64,000 nt of DNA from an uncultured Agathobaculum sp. (GCA_944384765.1 CALWUM010000006.1:17799-81798), one strand, 5' to 3'. Positions 33,698 to 44,109 are shown, numbered from the stretch's first letter. Made by a program: numbers and translations. Notes: generated from the sequence alone by a model not told the origin.

Positions 33698-34450
33698 TTA
33701 CGCCTCCTCTTCCGCGCCGCGGGTGAACAGCGCAACCGTGATATTATCGCGGCCGCCGCCCTCCAGCGCGAGGGTAAGCAGCGCATCGCCCGCCAGTGCG
33801 AGCGTTTTTGCGGTCTTTAACGTCTGGGCGATCTGCTCGTCCTCCGCCATGCCGGTCAATCCGTCCGAGCACAGCAGCAGCACCTCATGCCCGCCCAGCC
33901 GGGCCTCAAACAGGTCGCCCTCGACCGACGGCTCAACGCCGACCGCGCGGGTGATCAGGTTTTTCTGCGGATGGGTGCGCGCGACCTCGGCCGTGATGCG
34001 GCCCTGCCGGCGCATCTCCTCCACATAGGAGTGGTCTTCGGTCAGCTGGTGCAGGCGGGCGCCGTCAAACAGATAGGCGCGGCTGTCACCGACGTTGATC
34101 ACGGTCGCCTCGCTGCCCTGCACGAGCGCCGCGACGAGCGTTGTGCCCATGCCGCGGAACTCTGGCTGCCGCCCGGCCAGACTGAACACGGTCTGGTTCG
34201 CCTCATCCAGCGCGCGGGTGAGCAGTTCCTGCCGGGCGCGGGCGTCCAGCGGGCCGCCCAGCGCGTCCCGGATCACCTCGATGAACGTCTGCGCGGCAAA
34301 GCGGCTGGCCACGTTGCCCGCGTTCGCGCCGCCCATGCCGTCGCACACGACGAGCAGCACGGTCTGGTTGTCCTCCCGCGCTTCGATCTGGTAAATATCC
34401 TGATTGGTCGGGCGCACGCGCCCTTTATCCGTTAAGCCGAAGTATTCCAC
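33698..34450 (-). CDS. stp: PP2C-family Ser/Thr phosphatase (Stp/PrpC)
   Basis: RPTNQD...VCDGMGG...GGRDNITV motifs. Confidence 0.92.
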   Translation of the reverse strand: MEYFGLTDKGRVRPTNQDIYQIEAREDNQTVLLVVCDGMGGANAGNVASRFAAQTFIEVIRDALGGPLDARARQELLTRALDEANQTVFSLAGRQPEFRGMGTTLVAALVQGSEATVINVGDSRAYLFDGARLHQLTEDHSYVEEMRRQGRITAEVARTHPQKNLITRAVGVEPSVEGDLFEARLGGHEVLLLCSDGLTGMAEDEQIAQTLKTAKTLALAGDALLTLALEGGGRDNITVALFTRGAEEEA

Positions 34451-34510
34451 TTACAGCACCTCCAAAGGAGTTTTTCCATGTACTGCCGCGCTGCCAAACG
34501 CGGTGCGGCG

Positions 34511-35548
34511 TTATAAGGCTGTGTTTTCGCGCAGTTCGCGGCGGCGCAGCTGGCCGCACGCAGCGTCGATATCTGGCCCGAGCTTGCGACGCACAGTCGC
34601 GGTTATGCCGCGCTTTTCCAGCGCCTGCTGGAAGCGGCGCACGGTCTCGGGCTTTGAGGGCGAGAGCGGGCTTTCCGCAACCTCGTTGAGCGGGATGAGA
34701 TTGACGTGCGCCGGGCGGCCGCGCAGCAGCTTTGCCAGCTGCTCGGCCTGCCAGGGACGGTCGGTCTTGTCCCGCGCCATCATATATTCATAGGAGATAC
34801 GCCGGCCGGTGGTGTCGAAATAATACCGGCATGCGCGCATCAGCCGCTCGACCGGATAGGCCTGGTTGACCGGCATGATCGAGGAGCGCGTCTCGTCGTC
34901 CGGCGCGTGCAGCGACACGGATAGGGTGATTTGCAGCTTCTCGCCTGCCAACGCTTCTATTTTATCAGCAATTCCGCTTGTTGACAAGGAAATATGCCGC
35001 TGGCCGATGTTGATTCCCTCCGGGCAGCTGACCAGATGGAGGAATTTGAGCACATTGTCATAGTTATCCAGCGGCTCGCCCGTGCCCATGAGCACGATGT
35101 TGGAAACCGTCTCGCCACTGTCCTTCTGCATAAACAGGATTTCGTCCAGGATTTCGCCCGCGGACAGGTGGCGCTTGAGGCCGCCAAGGCCCGAAGCACA
35201 GAATTTGCACCCCATGCGGCACCCGACCTGAGTGGACACGCAGACCGACACACCGTGCTCATAGTGCATGAGGACGGACTCGACGCAGTCTCCGTCCCGC
35301 AGGCGCCACAGATATTTGATCGTGCCGTCCACCCGGCTGACCTGCTTGCGCGCCACGGTGGGCACAGTCAGCACAAAGCGCTCGGCCAGCCGCTGCCGCA
35401 GATCCTTGGACAGGTTGGTCATCTCATCGAAGGACTCCACCCCGCGGTGCAGCCATCCGAAGATCTGACCCGCGCGGAAGGGCTTTTCGCCCATGTCCGC
35501 CAGCGCGGCCCTCAGTTCCTCGATTGTCAGAGATTTGATCTCGGTCAT
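34511..35548 (-). CDS. rlmN: 23S rRNA/tRNA adenine-C2 methyltransferase RlmN (radical SAM)
   Basis: CVSTQVGCRMGCKFCASG radical-SAM cluster and GMGEPLDN-like motif. Confidence 0.95.
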   Translation of the reverse strand: MTEIKSLTIEELRAALADMGEKPFRAGQIFGWLHRGVESFDEMTNLSKDLRQRLAERFVLTVPTVARKQVSRVDGTIKYLWRLRDGDCVESVLMHYEHGVSVCVSTQVGCRMGCKFCASGLGGLKRHLSAGEILDEILFMQKDSGETVSNIVLMGTGEPLDNYDNVLKFLHLVSCPEGINIGQRHISLSTSGIADKIEALAGEKLQITLSVSLHAPDDETRSSIMPVNQAYPVERLMRACRYYFDTTGRRISYEYMMARDKTDRPWQAEQLAKLLRGRPAHVNLIPLNEVAESPLSPSKPETVRRFQQALEKRGITATVRRKLGPDIDAACGQLRRRELRENTAL

Positions 35549-35559
35549 GGTGGTTCTCC

Positions 35560-36098
35560 TTTTCTGCCCGCTGTCCAGCGGGCGGGGGGCGGCCTACGCG
35601 GCCGCACTGCGCGCAAGAGGGGAGACACCGAAGGTTTCTCCCCTCTTGCGAATCACCCCTTTTCCTTTTTCGGTAAGAGCAAACACATAAATATCTGCCC
35701 GAAAATTTGCGGCATTTGCTGCCGCAAATCAGGACGCGCTCACGCGCGCAAAGGTGCGTTGCGCTAAAGGATTGCCGCCCACTTTCGAATAACAGCAAGA
35801 AGGGAAATCCCCGCCCCTCTGGGGTGGCAGCTAAACCATTCCTATTGCTTTGGCAAGTGGGTGGCATCCGCTTGGCGGGACTACGATAATCCGCGCCCGC
35901 GGCGCGCCTGAGGGAAAGAGGATGATTGGCAAGAAGGAGGAAACCGTAGGTTTCTTCCTTCTTGTCCGCCCGCCGCGCAGGCGAATTCCCGCCCGTGATG
36001 CGCGGGCACTCCGTTTCGCCCTGCCGGGCGAAAACCCAAATCGTGCGCCTGCGGTGTGCAGGCGACGAAATCCCCTTCGCCCTGTGGGCGAAAAAACA
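35560..36098. repeat. ~540 bp non-coding cluster of at least 10 short GC-rich hairpin modules
   Basis: Examples: hairpins at 35613-35649 and 35930-35963 (homologous, with compensatory changes), 35705-35729, 35811-35827, 36016-36035 (UUUCGCCC-ugcc-GGGCGAAA) and 36077-36094. Recurrent gaaatcc/gaattcc leaders. No credible ORF. Confidence 0.75.
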
Positions 36099-37445
36099 TC
36101 ACTTTCGCCGCATTTTGGCGATAAAAAAACCATCTGTATCATGTATGGGCGGCAGCAGTGTCACCATGCCGTCCGGCCGATCGCCGCACACTGGATGCGA
36201 CCATGCCTCGGCTGCAAAATCCGGGTTTTGCGCGAGGAATGCGCGTACGACGTCCTCATTTTCGCGCTGCAATATCGTGCAGGTCGAGTAGACCAGCGTG
36301 CCGCCCGGTTTGACATACTGCGCGCAGTTCTGCAAAATCTTCGCCTGCAAGGCGGGCAGACCGGCGATTTCTTCCGGGGCTTTGTAGCGGATCTCGGGCT
36401 TTTTGCGGATGATACCCAGGCCGGAACACGGCACGTCGCACAGCACGACGTCCGCCGTCCCGCGCCATTCCGCGCGCGGCGCGGCCGCGTCCTGCAATTC
36501 CGTGCGGATATTCGGCAGCCCCAGCCGGGCCGCACCCGCCCGGATGCGCTCCAGCTTATGTTCATAGATGTCGCAGGCGGTTATGCTGCCCTTCCCCTGC
36601 ATCCGCCCGGCCATGGCGAAACTCTTGCCGCCGGGCGCGGCGCAGCAGTCGAGCACCGTATCGCCGGGCGTGGGATCGGCCACCGCAGCGGCCAGCGCGC
36701 TCGCCGCGTCCTGCACCGTGATACGCCCCTCGGCAAACGCGGGCAGCGCGGCCACGTCCCCGCCGCTGCACAGCAGAATCTCCGGGAACGCGCGGTGCGG
36801 CGTGACGGTCAGCCCCGCCGCCTCAAGTTCGGCCTGCACGGCTGCGGGCGACGCCTGCATCGTGTTGACGCGCACGGAAATGGGTGCGTCCGCATTGTCC
36901 GCCTGACAAATCCGCTCGGTCATTTTCTGGCCGAACTGCTCGGACCACAGCCGCACCAGCCATTCCGGGTGGCTGTATCTGAGTGAATAATAGCTCTCCT
37001 TATCCGGGCAGTCGAGCACGGGCAGCTTGCCCTGCCCGGCCGCAGCCGCGGCTGCACGCATCACTGCGTTGGCAAACGAGACCGTGCGGGCACTCGCGTG
37101 GCAGTACTGCCGCGTCAGCGCGACCGTCTCCGCGACCGCGGCGTGCGCGGGAATCTTGTCCATCAGGATGAGCTGGTACAGCCCCATGCGCAGGCATGCG
37201 CGCACGCGCGGGGCGATCTTTTTCAGGCGCACGCTGGAAAAATGGCGCAGATACCAGTCGAGCAACAGCTCGTTCTGCACCGTGCCGTAGGTGAGCCGTG
37301 CGGCAAGCGCCGCGTCGCGGGCGGACAGCCCGGCGCGGTTCAGATAGTGGTGCAGCGCGCCGTCCGACCACGCGCCCTCCTCCTGCATGGAGAACAGCGA
37401 AAACGCCGCGACTTCGCGCGGCGTGCGCGGGCGTTTATCGATCAT
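36099..37445 (-). CDS. rsmB: 16S rRNA (cytosine967-C5)-methyltransferase RsmB (Sun)
   Basis: N-terminal NusB-like domain. DCCAAPGGKS SAM motif and DVPCSGLG, TCT catalytic Cys motifs. Confidence 0.92.
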   Translation of the reverse strand: MIDKRPRTPREVAAFSLFSMQEEGAWSDGALHHYLNRAGLSARDAALAARLTYGTVQNELLLDWYLRHFSSVRLKKIAPRVRACLRMGLYQLILMDKIPAHAAVAETVALTRQYCHASARTVSFANAVMRAAAAAAGQGKLPVLDCPDKESYYSLRYSHPEWLVRLWSEQFGQKMTERICQADNADAPISVRVNTMQASPAAVQAELEAAGLTVTPHRAFPEILLCSGGDVAALPAFAEGRITVQDAASALAAAVADPTPGDTVLDCCAAPGGKSFAMAGRMQGKGSITACDIYEHKLERIRAGAARLGLPNIRTELQDAAAPRAEWRGTADVVLCDVPCSGLGIIRKKPEIRYKAPEEIAGLPALQAKILQNCAQYVKPGGTLVYSTCTILQRENEDVVRAFLAQNPDFAAEAWSHPVCGDRPDGMVTLLPPIHDTDGFFIAKMRRK

Positions 37446-38145
37446 TTCGTCCCCGCCCTCCGAAGATCAGCAGCAGCCGCAGCAGCTGCGCGAGCGACAC
37501 CGCGAGCGCGGCCACATAGGTCATCGCCGCGGCGGTTAAGGTCTTTTTGGCCATCGGGTACTCGTCCGCCGTCAGCAGGCCGCCCTGCTCGATCGCCTCG
37601 AGCGCGCGGTTGGACGCATTGATCTCGACCGGCAGCGTCACCAGCTGGAACACAGTCGCAAGCGAAAACGCCAGGATGCCGATGTCGATCAAAACCCCTG
37701 AATTCATAAACAGGCCCAGGATGATCAGCGGAAACGCAGCCGCCGAGCCGAACTGGGTCACCGGGATGATGGCCGCGCGCAGACGGATGGGAAAATACCC
37801 GACCGCATACTGCACCGCGTGCCCGGCCTCATGCGCGGCCACGCCGATGGACGCGACCGAAGTCGAGGCATACACCGCGTTTGACAGGCGGATAGTGTTG
37901 GTGCGCGGGTCAAAGTGGTCGCTCAGTTTGCCCGCGACCCACTCGATGCGCACACCGGTCACGCCGTTCTGCCGCAGCACGGCCTCGGCCGCCTGCGCCC
38001 CGGTCAGGCCACGGCGGCTGAGCACCCGCTCGTAGCGGGAAAACGTGCTCTTGACCTTGCCCTGCGCCCAGAATGCCAGGATAACGCAGGGTACAACCAG
38101 CACAAGATAGTAGATGTCAAAACCGTAAAACCCGAAATAAGGCAT
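37435..38145 (-). CDS. Membrane zinc metallopeptidase (Zn_peptidase_2 family)
   Basis: HEAGHAVQ zinc motif and TM segments at both ends. Confidence 0.85.
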   Translation of the reverse strand: MPYFGFYGFDIYYLVLVVPCVILAFWAQGKVKSTFSRYERVLSRRGLTGAQAAEAVLRQNGVTGVRIEWVAGKLSDHFDPRTNTIRLSNAVYASTSVASIGVAAHEAGHAVQYAVGYFPIRLRAAIIPVTQFGSAAAFPLIILGLFMNSGVLIDIGILAFSLATVFQLVTLPVEINASNRALEAIEQGGLLTADEYPMAKKTLTAAAMTYVAALAVSLAQLLRLLLIFGGRGRNDR

Positions 38146-38167
38146 GGTTTACTCCTTTTCCACTCGC

Positions 38168-39091
38168 TTACTCGCCTAAAATGCTTCCCTTGGAGACTGC
38201 ATGGCCGCGCAGGAAATCCGCGCTCTGCATGCGCTTGCCGCCGACAAGCTGCACCTCATGCAGCGCGAGCGCGCCGTTGCCGCAGGCGACGACAAGGCCC
38301 TTTTTCGGCTCGCTCTCGAGCACCTCGCCCGGCTTGCCCGCGCCGGAAACCGGCTCGGCGGCGTAGATCTTGAGCCGCGCGCCCGCGAGCGTGGTCAGTG
38401 CAACCGGCCAGGGGTTGAGACCGCGCACTAGGCAGTCGATCTCGCGCGCGGATTTCGTCCAGTCGATGACCGCCATTGCTTTATCCAGCATGTGCGCATA
38501 GCAACTCTGGCTGTCGTCCTGCGGACGTGGGGTAATCTGGTCCAGCTTTTCCAGCGTCTCGACAAGCAGCTTTGCGCCCGCCTGCGCAAGCCGGTCGAAC
38601 AGCTCGCCCGCGGTTTCGCGCGCGCCGACTGCGGTTTCGTATGTGAGCAGCATATCGCCCGTATCCAGTCCTTCGGCCATCTGCATGGTAGTCACGCCGG
38701 CTTTCTCGTCGCCTGCGATCACCGCCCACTGGATGGGCGCCGCGCCGCGCCAGCGCGGCAGCAGCGAGCCGTGCACGTTGATGCACCCGCGCGGCGGGAT
38801 ATCCAGCACCGCCTTCGGCAACAGCTTGCCGTACGCCACGACAATGATCACCTCGGGCGCGAGCGCGCGCAGGCGCTCCTGTTCGGCCTCGTCCTTGAGC
38901 GTCTGCGGCTGATAAACCGGGATGCCCTGCTGCTGTGCCAGGATTTTGGCCGGCGGGGCGGTCAGAATCTGCTTGCGGCCCTGGGGCTTGTCGGGCTGGG
39001 TGTATACCGCGCACACCTCGTGCCCGGCGTCAAGCAGGGCCTGCAGGCTCGGCACGGCGAAGTCTGGCGTACCCATGAATACGATTCTCAT
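38168..39091 (-). CDS. fmt: Methionyl-tRNA formyltransferase
   Basis: MRIVFMGTPDFAV and HGSLLPRWRGAAPIQ. ATGA overlap with the def stop. Confidence 0.93.
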   Translation of the reverse strand: MRIVFMGTPDFAVPSLQALLDAGHEVCAVYTQPDKPQGRKQILTAPPAKILAQQQGIPVYQPQTLKDEAEQERLRALAPEVIIVVAYGKLLPKAVLDIPPRGCINVHGSLLPRWRGAAPIQWAVIAGDEKAGVTTMQMAEGLDTGDMLLTYETAVGARETAGELFDRLAQAGAKLLVETLEKLDQITPRPQDDSQSCYAHMLDKAMAVIDWTKSAREIDCLVRGLNPWPVALTTLAGARLKIYAAEPVSGAGKPGEVLESEPKKGLVVACGNGALALHEVQLVGGKRMQSADFLRGHAVSKGSILGE

Positions 39092-39597
39092 TCTGCTTTT
39101 GCCTCTTCCTCTTCGTTTTCGCGCTGAAGCTCCTCCATGTCCACATATTCCTCCACCTTTTCGGTGAACAGGTGGCCGTCCAGGTGTTCGGTCTCGTGGC
39201 AGAAGCACTGGGCGACAACGCCCTCGCCCTCGCGCTCAAACCAGTTGCCGAACCGGTCCTGCGCACGGATCTTGGCCCAGGTCGGGCGGGTGACATAGCC
39301 GTATACACCCGGCACGGACAGGCAGCCCTCAATGATGCGCTGCTCACCGCGCTGCTCGATCACCTCGGGGTTAACCAACTCGACCATTTCCTCGGGATCC
39401 TTGTTGATGTCCAGCAGCACGACCACGCGGCGCAGCACGCCGACCTGCGGCGCGGCCAGTCCCACGCCGCCCGAGTTTTCCAGCGTCTCGCGCATATCGT
39501 CGATCAGCGTGTGCAGGCGCGCGTCGAATTTCTCCACCTTGCGGCTGTGGCGGCGCAGCTGCTCGTCTTCCTGGGTTAAAATGTTGCGAAGTGCCAT
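39088..39597 (-). CDS. def: Peptide deformylase
   Basis: GVGLAAPQVG, EGCLSVPG and HETEHLDG motifs. Confidence 0.95.
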   Translation of the reverse strand: MALRNILTQEDEQLRRHSRKVEKFDARLHTLIDDMRETLENSGGVGLAAPQVGVLRRVVVLLDINKDPEEMVELVNPEVIEQRGEQRIIEGCLSVPGVYGYVTRPTWAKIRAQDRFGNWFEREGEGVVAQCFCHETEHLDGHLFTEKVEEYVDMEELQRENEEEEAKAE

Positions 39598-39598
39598 G

Positions 39599-40207
39599 TC
39601 AGTTCAGTCCTCCATTATTCAGCATATCCGTGTATTGTTGCAAACATCCCTGTATTTTTTTGCTGTCCAGCCGGGCGAACGGCGTGACCGGCGGCGGTGT
39701 GCAGCACGCGCCGACGCGCTTTTCAAACCAGCCCACGTCGTGCCAGCTGTTTTGCTTCCAGCCCGAGCCGTGCCACACGCCCACGAGCGAAAAGCCGAGC
39801 TTTTCGTGCAGGCGCCGACTTTTTTCGTTCGGCAGGGTGACGCAGCCGTACAGCACGCGCAGGTGCTGCGACACCAGCAGGTCGATCAGGCACTGGTAAA
39901 GCACCGTGCCCACACCCTGTCCCTGCGCTGCGGGCGCGAGATAGATGGACAGCTCGGCCGCCCAGTCGTATGCCGCGCGCTCGCGGATGCGGTGCGCGTA
40001 GGCATAGCCCACGGGCACGCCGTCCCGCTCGCAGACGAGATACGGATGGGTCGCCAGTGTCTCCTGGATGCGCGCGGCAAACTCCTCTGCCGCGGGCACC
40101 TCGTATTCAAATGTGATCGCCGTATCCGTGATGTACGGCGCGTAAATATCCAGCAGCGCGGCCGCGTCGTGCGCCGCCGCCAGCCGGATTGCAAAATGTT
40201 GTTCCAT
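39599..40207 (-). CDS. GNAT-family N-acetyltransferase (phosphinothricin-acetyltransferase-like)
   Basis: QGQGVGTVLY acetyl-CoA loop. GGAGGGGG RBS precedes ATG 40207. Confidence 0.8.
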   Translation of the reverse strand: MEQHFAIRLAAAHDAAALLDIYAPYITDTAITFEYEVPAAEEFAARIQETLATHPYLVCERDGVPVGYAYAHRIRERAAYDWAAELSIYLAPAAQGQGVGTVLYQCLIDLLVSQHLRVLYGCVTLPNEKSRRLHEKLGFSLVGVWHGSGWKQNSWHDVGWFEKRVGACCTPPPVTPFARLDSKKIQGCLQQYTDMLNNGGLN

Positions 40208-40218
40208 AGAACCCCCTC

Positions 40219-40399
40219 CGCGCCGCAGGCGCGCTTTTGATAGAGAATTGCGGTATACCGCAATTCTCATCCAAAGTCAGGACATGTGCCTGACTTTGGA
40301 TACCCCGACCCAGCCGCCTTGGGCGGCGTCCGGGGGTATCGGCAACAGGTTTCTTTGGAACCTGTTGCCGTATATAGGGGGTATGGATACCCCCTATAC
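40219..40399 (-). repeat. Six-hairpin intergenic repeat module, copy 2 (reverse orientation)
   Basis: Hairpins at 40373-40398, 40341-40369, 40299-40340, 40271-40299, 40243-40268 and 40219-40236. The reverse complement aligns with 97-274. Starts 1 nt after the priA stop and ends at the GNAT RBS. Confidence 0.8.
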
Positions 40400-42853
40400 T
40401 CACAAATCCGGGTTCTGATCCGCAAACACACTCACCCCGCGGTTTTTGCTGTCCAGCATGAACTCGCGGATGACGCCCGCAATCAGCGCGCGCCAGCGCG
40501 CGGTATCCGCCGCGCGCATGGTCAGGTGGTAGCGGTAGCGCCCCATCACTTTGACCACCTGCGCCGCCGCCGGGCCGAGCACAGGCGCTTTGACGTCCGC
40601 ATACTGTCCTTCCATCAGGCTTTGCAGCCGGGTTTTGAGCGCGATCAGACTTTTGAGTACCTGCTGCTCGACCTCACCCACCGCAGTCAGCACGGTCAGC
40701 CCACATACGGGCGGACACTGGAGCGCCTGCCGCGTCTCGATCTCGCGCGCGTAAAACGCCTCGTAGTCCTGCCGTGCCGCGGCAAGGATGACCGGATGCG
40801 TCGGGCTGTACGTCTGGATGACTGCCTTGCCCTTGTCAAACCGCCGGCCCGCGCGCCCAACCACCTGGGTGATGAGCGAAAACGTGCGCTCGCGCGCGCG
40901 GTAGTCCTGCGCATACAGGCTCTGGTCTGCGTCCAACACGCCCACAAGCGTGACGTTCTCAAAATCCAGCCCCTTGGTCACCATCTGGGTGCCGAGCAGG
41001 ATATCCGCCTCGCCCTTGGCGAACTGGCTGAGCAGCTTTTCGTGCGCACCCTTGGTGTGCATGCTGTCCGCGTCCATGCGCAGCACGCGCGCGGACGGGA
41101 ACCGGTCGTGCAGCTCCTGCTCGACCTTTTGCGTGCCCGGCGTTTCGGTAAACAGACTCTCCCCGCCGCACACCGGGCACTTGCCCGTGATCTTGATCGA
41201 CGCGCCGCAGTAGTGGCACATCGCCCGGCCGGACACCGAGTGATAGGTCATGGTCGTCGAGCACGAGGGGCACTCAGGCACCCAGCCGCACAGCGCGCAG
41301 CCGATCACCCGGCTGTTGCCGCGCCGGTTGAGAAACAGAATGGCCTGCCGGCCGCGCGTGAGCGTGTCGATCAGCTCGCTTTCCAGCTGCGGGCCGATCA
41401 CGCCCTCGCGCCCTTCGCGGGCGAGGCCGCGCATATCCGCAATCACCACATCGGGCAGGCTGGTGCCGAGAAAGCGCTCGGTCAGCCGGAACACCGGGTA
41501 TTTGCCCTGTTTCGCGCCGTAATACGTCTCGACCGACGGAGTCGCCGAGCCGAGCACAAGCAGCGCGTTCTGCTGGCTGACAATGTATTTGGCCACGTCG
41601 CGCGCATGGTAGCGCGGCGACTGCTCGGAGCGGTAGGCGCCGTCCTGCTCCTCGTCGATGATGAGCACGCCGAGGTTTTCCACCGGCGCGAACACCGCCG
41701 AGCGCGTGCCAATCACGACGCGCGCGCGGCCGGATTTGATCTTTTTGAAGCTGTCATACCGCTCGCCCACCGAAAGCGCCGAGTGCATGACCGCGACCTC
41801 GTCCCCGAACTGGGCGGCGAACTGCCGCAGCACCTGGGGTGTCAGCCCAATCTCAGGCACGAGCACGATCGCGCTTTTGCCCATCGCAAGCGCCTTTTCG
41901 ATCAGCTTGAGGTAGACCTGGGTCTTTCCGCTGCCGGTCACGCCGAACAGCAGCGCGGCGCGCGGCCCATTTTCGTCCATGAGCGCGGCAATGCCGTCAA
42001 ACACCTGCTGCTGCGCCGCGGAGAGCACCGGGGACGCGGCCTTGGGCACCTCGGAAAAGTCCGGTGTGCGCAGCCGCTCCTCATAATGCTCGCGCAAGAT
42101 GCCTTTTTTGACCATGTCGCGCAGCGCGGCGTCGCTGACGCCGGTCATATAAACCAGCTCTTTCTGGCTCATCCAGCCACCGTCCCCCAGCACCGAGACG
42201 ACATCCATCCGGGCGGGGCTGCGGCGGCTGATGCGTGCCATGGCCTCATTCGCCTCCATGTCCAGCGAGAGCATTTTTTCGGTTTTATCGTTTGATTTCT
42301 GCGTGGTGTTGCTGTGATAGGTCAGCACACCCTCGCCCGCGAGCGCATCCAGCACGCGGGTGACGCTTTTGCCGCCCAGCCGCTGCCGGATGTCGGACAC
42401 CGCAAGCGTCTGCCCTGGCCGATCGAACAGCGCGAGCACCGCGCCCGCCTCGTCCTCGCGCTGCCGCAGGGCGGCGAGGTCGGCGTCCGGCGCGAGGGTA
42501 TAGGTCTCGTGCCGCCGGAACCACAGCCCGGCGGGCAGCATGACGCGCACGCAGTCGAAATAGGTGCAGTACAGCCGCTCGCGCATCCACGCGGCGAGCT
42601 TAAGCTGCCCATGCGTGAGCACGGGCGCGTCGTCGAGCACCTCGACCACGGGTTTGAGCTTGTATTCGCCCGTGTCCTGCCGGAACGCGAGCACGACCGC
42701 TTCCGCCCGTTTATTGCCAAAGCCGAACGGCACGAGAACACGGGTGCCAATCTGCACCTGTTCCCGCAGCTCGTCCGGCACACGGTAGGAATATAGCTTG
42801 TCGATCGCATAGGTCGCCGCATCCACGGCGACCGCGCAGACTGTTTCCGCCAA
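40400..42853 (-). CDS. priA: Primosomal protein N' (replication restart helicase PriA)
   Basis: Walker A GVTGSGKT, DEEQD box and zinc-binding CxxC pairs (CALCGWVPECPSC...CHYCG...CPVCG). Confidence 0.93.
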   Translation of the reverse strand: MAETVCAVAVDAATYAIDKLYSYRVPDELREQVQIGTRVLVPFGFGNKRAEAVVLAFRQDTGEYKLKPVVEVLDDAPVLTHGQLKLAAWMRERLYCTYFDCVRVMLPAGLWFRRHETYTLAPDADLAALRQREDEAGAVLALFDRPGQTLAVSDIRQRLGGKSVTRVLDALAGEGVLTYHSNTTQKSNDKTEKMLSLDMEANEAMARISRRSPARMDVVSVLGDGGWMSQKELVYMTGVSDAALRDMVKKGILREHYEERLRTPDFSEVPKAASPVLSAAQQQVFDGIAALMDENGPRAALLFGVTGSGKTQVYLKLIEKALAMGKSAIVLVPEIGLTPQVLRQFAAQFGDEVAVMHSALSVGERYDSFKKIKSGRARVVIGTRSAVFAPVENLGVLIIDEEQDGAYRSEQSPRYHARDVAKYIVSQQNALLVLGSATPSVETYYGAKQGKYPVFRLTERFLGTSLPDVVIADMRGLAREGREGVIGPQLESELIDTLTRGRQAILFLNRRGNSRVIGCALCGWVPECPSCSTTMTYHSVSGRAMCHYCGASIKITGKCPVCGGESLFTETPGTQKVEQELHDRFPSARVLRMDADSMHTKGAHEKLLSQFAKGEADILLGTQMVTKGLDFENVTLVGVLDADQSLYAQDYRARERTFSLITQVVGRAGRRFDKGKAVIQTYSPTHPVILAAARQDYEAFYAREIETRQALQCPPVCGLTVLTAVGEVEQQVLKSLIALKTRLQSLMEGQYADVKAPVLGPAAAQVVKVMGRYRYHLTMRAADTARWRALIAGVIREFMLDSKNRGVSVFADQNPDL

Positions 42854-42900
42854 ACGCTATACCCCTCTCTTTCTGAAAATATAAATCCCGTCCCCGGGTG

Positions 42901-44106
42901 TTATTTGTGCTCGCTCTGCATGGCGAGCAGCCGGTCCAGGATGGTATCCGCGAGCGACTCCTTGCTCATCAGCGGCTCGCTCTCCTGATGGCCGTCTGCA
43001 AACAGCAGGGTCGCAACGTTGGTATCCGTGCCAAAGCCCGCGCCTTTATCGCGCAGCGAATTGGCGACCAGCATATCACAGTTTTTGCGCTGCAGCTTGT
43101 CCGCCGCGTTTTGCAGCAGGTTCTGGGTCTCCATCGCAAAGCCGCACAGCAGTTGGCCGGGGTGCTTGCGCCGCCCGAGTTCCGCCAGAATATCCGGGTT
43201 GCGCGCAAGCGCAATTGTCAGGTCACCCGCGCCCTTTTTGAGCTTTTCCGGCGCGGTTTCAGCCGGGCGGTAGTCGCCCACTGCGGCCGCTTTGATGATC
43301 ATGTCCTGCTGGTCCGCACGCGCGAGCACCGCGTCGTGCATCTCCAGCGCGGAAACCACGTCCACGCGCGTCACGTCCGCGGGCGTCTCGAGCGCGGTCG
43401 GGCCGGAGACCAGCGTCACCGCTGCACCGCGCATGGCTGCGCGCGCCGCGATCGCGTATCCCATCTTTCCAGAGGAATGGTTGGACAAAAAGCGCACCGG
43501 ATCCATGGCTTCCTGCGTCGGCCCGGCGGTCACCAGCACGCGCTGGCCGCGCAGGTCCTGCGGGGTGAGCGCTTTTTCAATGCCGTGAATGAGCACGGGC
43601 GTGTCCGGCAGCTTGCCGCGGCCGGTATCCCCGCAGGCGAGCCGCCCCGCCGCGGGATCGATGATATGAAAGCCCCGCGCGCGCAGGGTTTGCAAATTCT
43701 GCTGGGTCACCGGGTTGTCATACATGCCGGTGTTCATCGCGGGGGCGATCACGACCGGCGCGCGGGTTGCGAGCAGGGTGGTGGTCACCATATCGTCCGC
43801 GATGCCGTGCGCCGCCTTGGCGATCACGTTCGCGGTCGCGGGTGCGATCACGAACACATCCGCCGCCTTGGCCAGCGAGATATGCTCGACCTCCCAGGCA
43901 AAGTTGCGGTCGAACGTATCGACCACCGCGCGATTGCCCGACAGGGTCTCGAACGTCATCGGGGAGATGAACTGCGTGGCCGATTCGGTCATCAGCACGC
44001 GCACCGCTGCCCCGGCGTGGCGCAGTTTGCTGGTCAGGTCTGCGGCCTTATAGGCAGCAATGCCGCCTGTGACGCACAGAACGACCGTCTTTCCCGCAAG
44101 ATGCAT
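42901..44106 (-). CDS. coaBC: Bifunctional phosphopantothenoylcysteine decarboxylase / phosphopantothenate-cysteine ligase
   Basis: VTGGIAAYKA flavoprotein N-terminus, PAMN motif and C-terminal CoaB domain (SSGKMG). Confidence 0.93.
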   Translation of the reverse strand: MHLAGKTVVLCVTGGIAAYKAADLTSKLRHAGAAVRVLMTESATQFISPMTFETLSGNRAVVDTFDRNFAWEVEHISLAKAADVFVIAPATANVIAKAAHGIADDMVTTTLLATRAPVVIAPAMNTGMYDNPVTQQNLQTLRARGFHIIDPAAGRLACGDTGRGKLPDTPVLIHGIEKALTPQDLRGQRVLVTAGPTQEAMDPVRFLSNHSSGKMGYAIAARAAMRGAAVTLVSGPTALETPADVTRVDVVSALEMHDAVLARADQQDMIIKAAAVGDYRPAETAPEKLKKGAGDLTIALARNPDILAELGRRKHPGQLLCGFAMETQNLLQNAADKLQRKNCDMLVANSLRDKGAGFGTDTNVATLLFADGHQESEPLMSKESLADTILDRLLAMQSEHK

Positions 44107-44109
44107 GGC

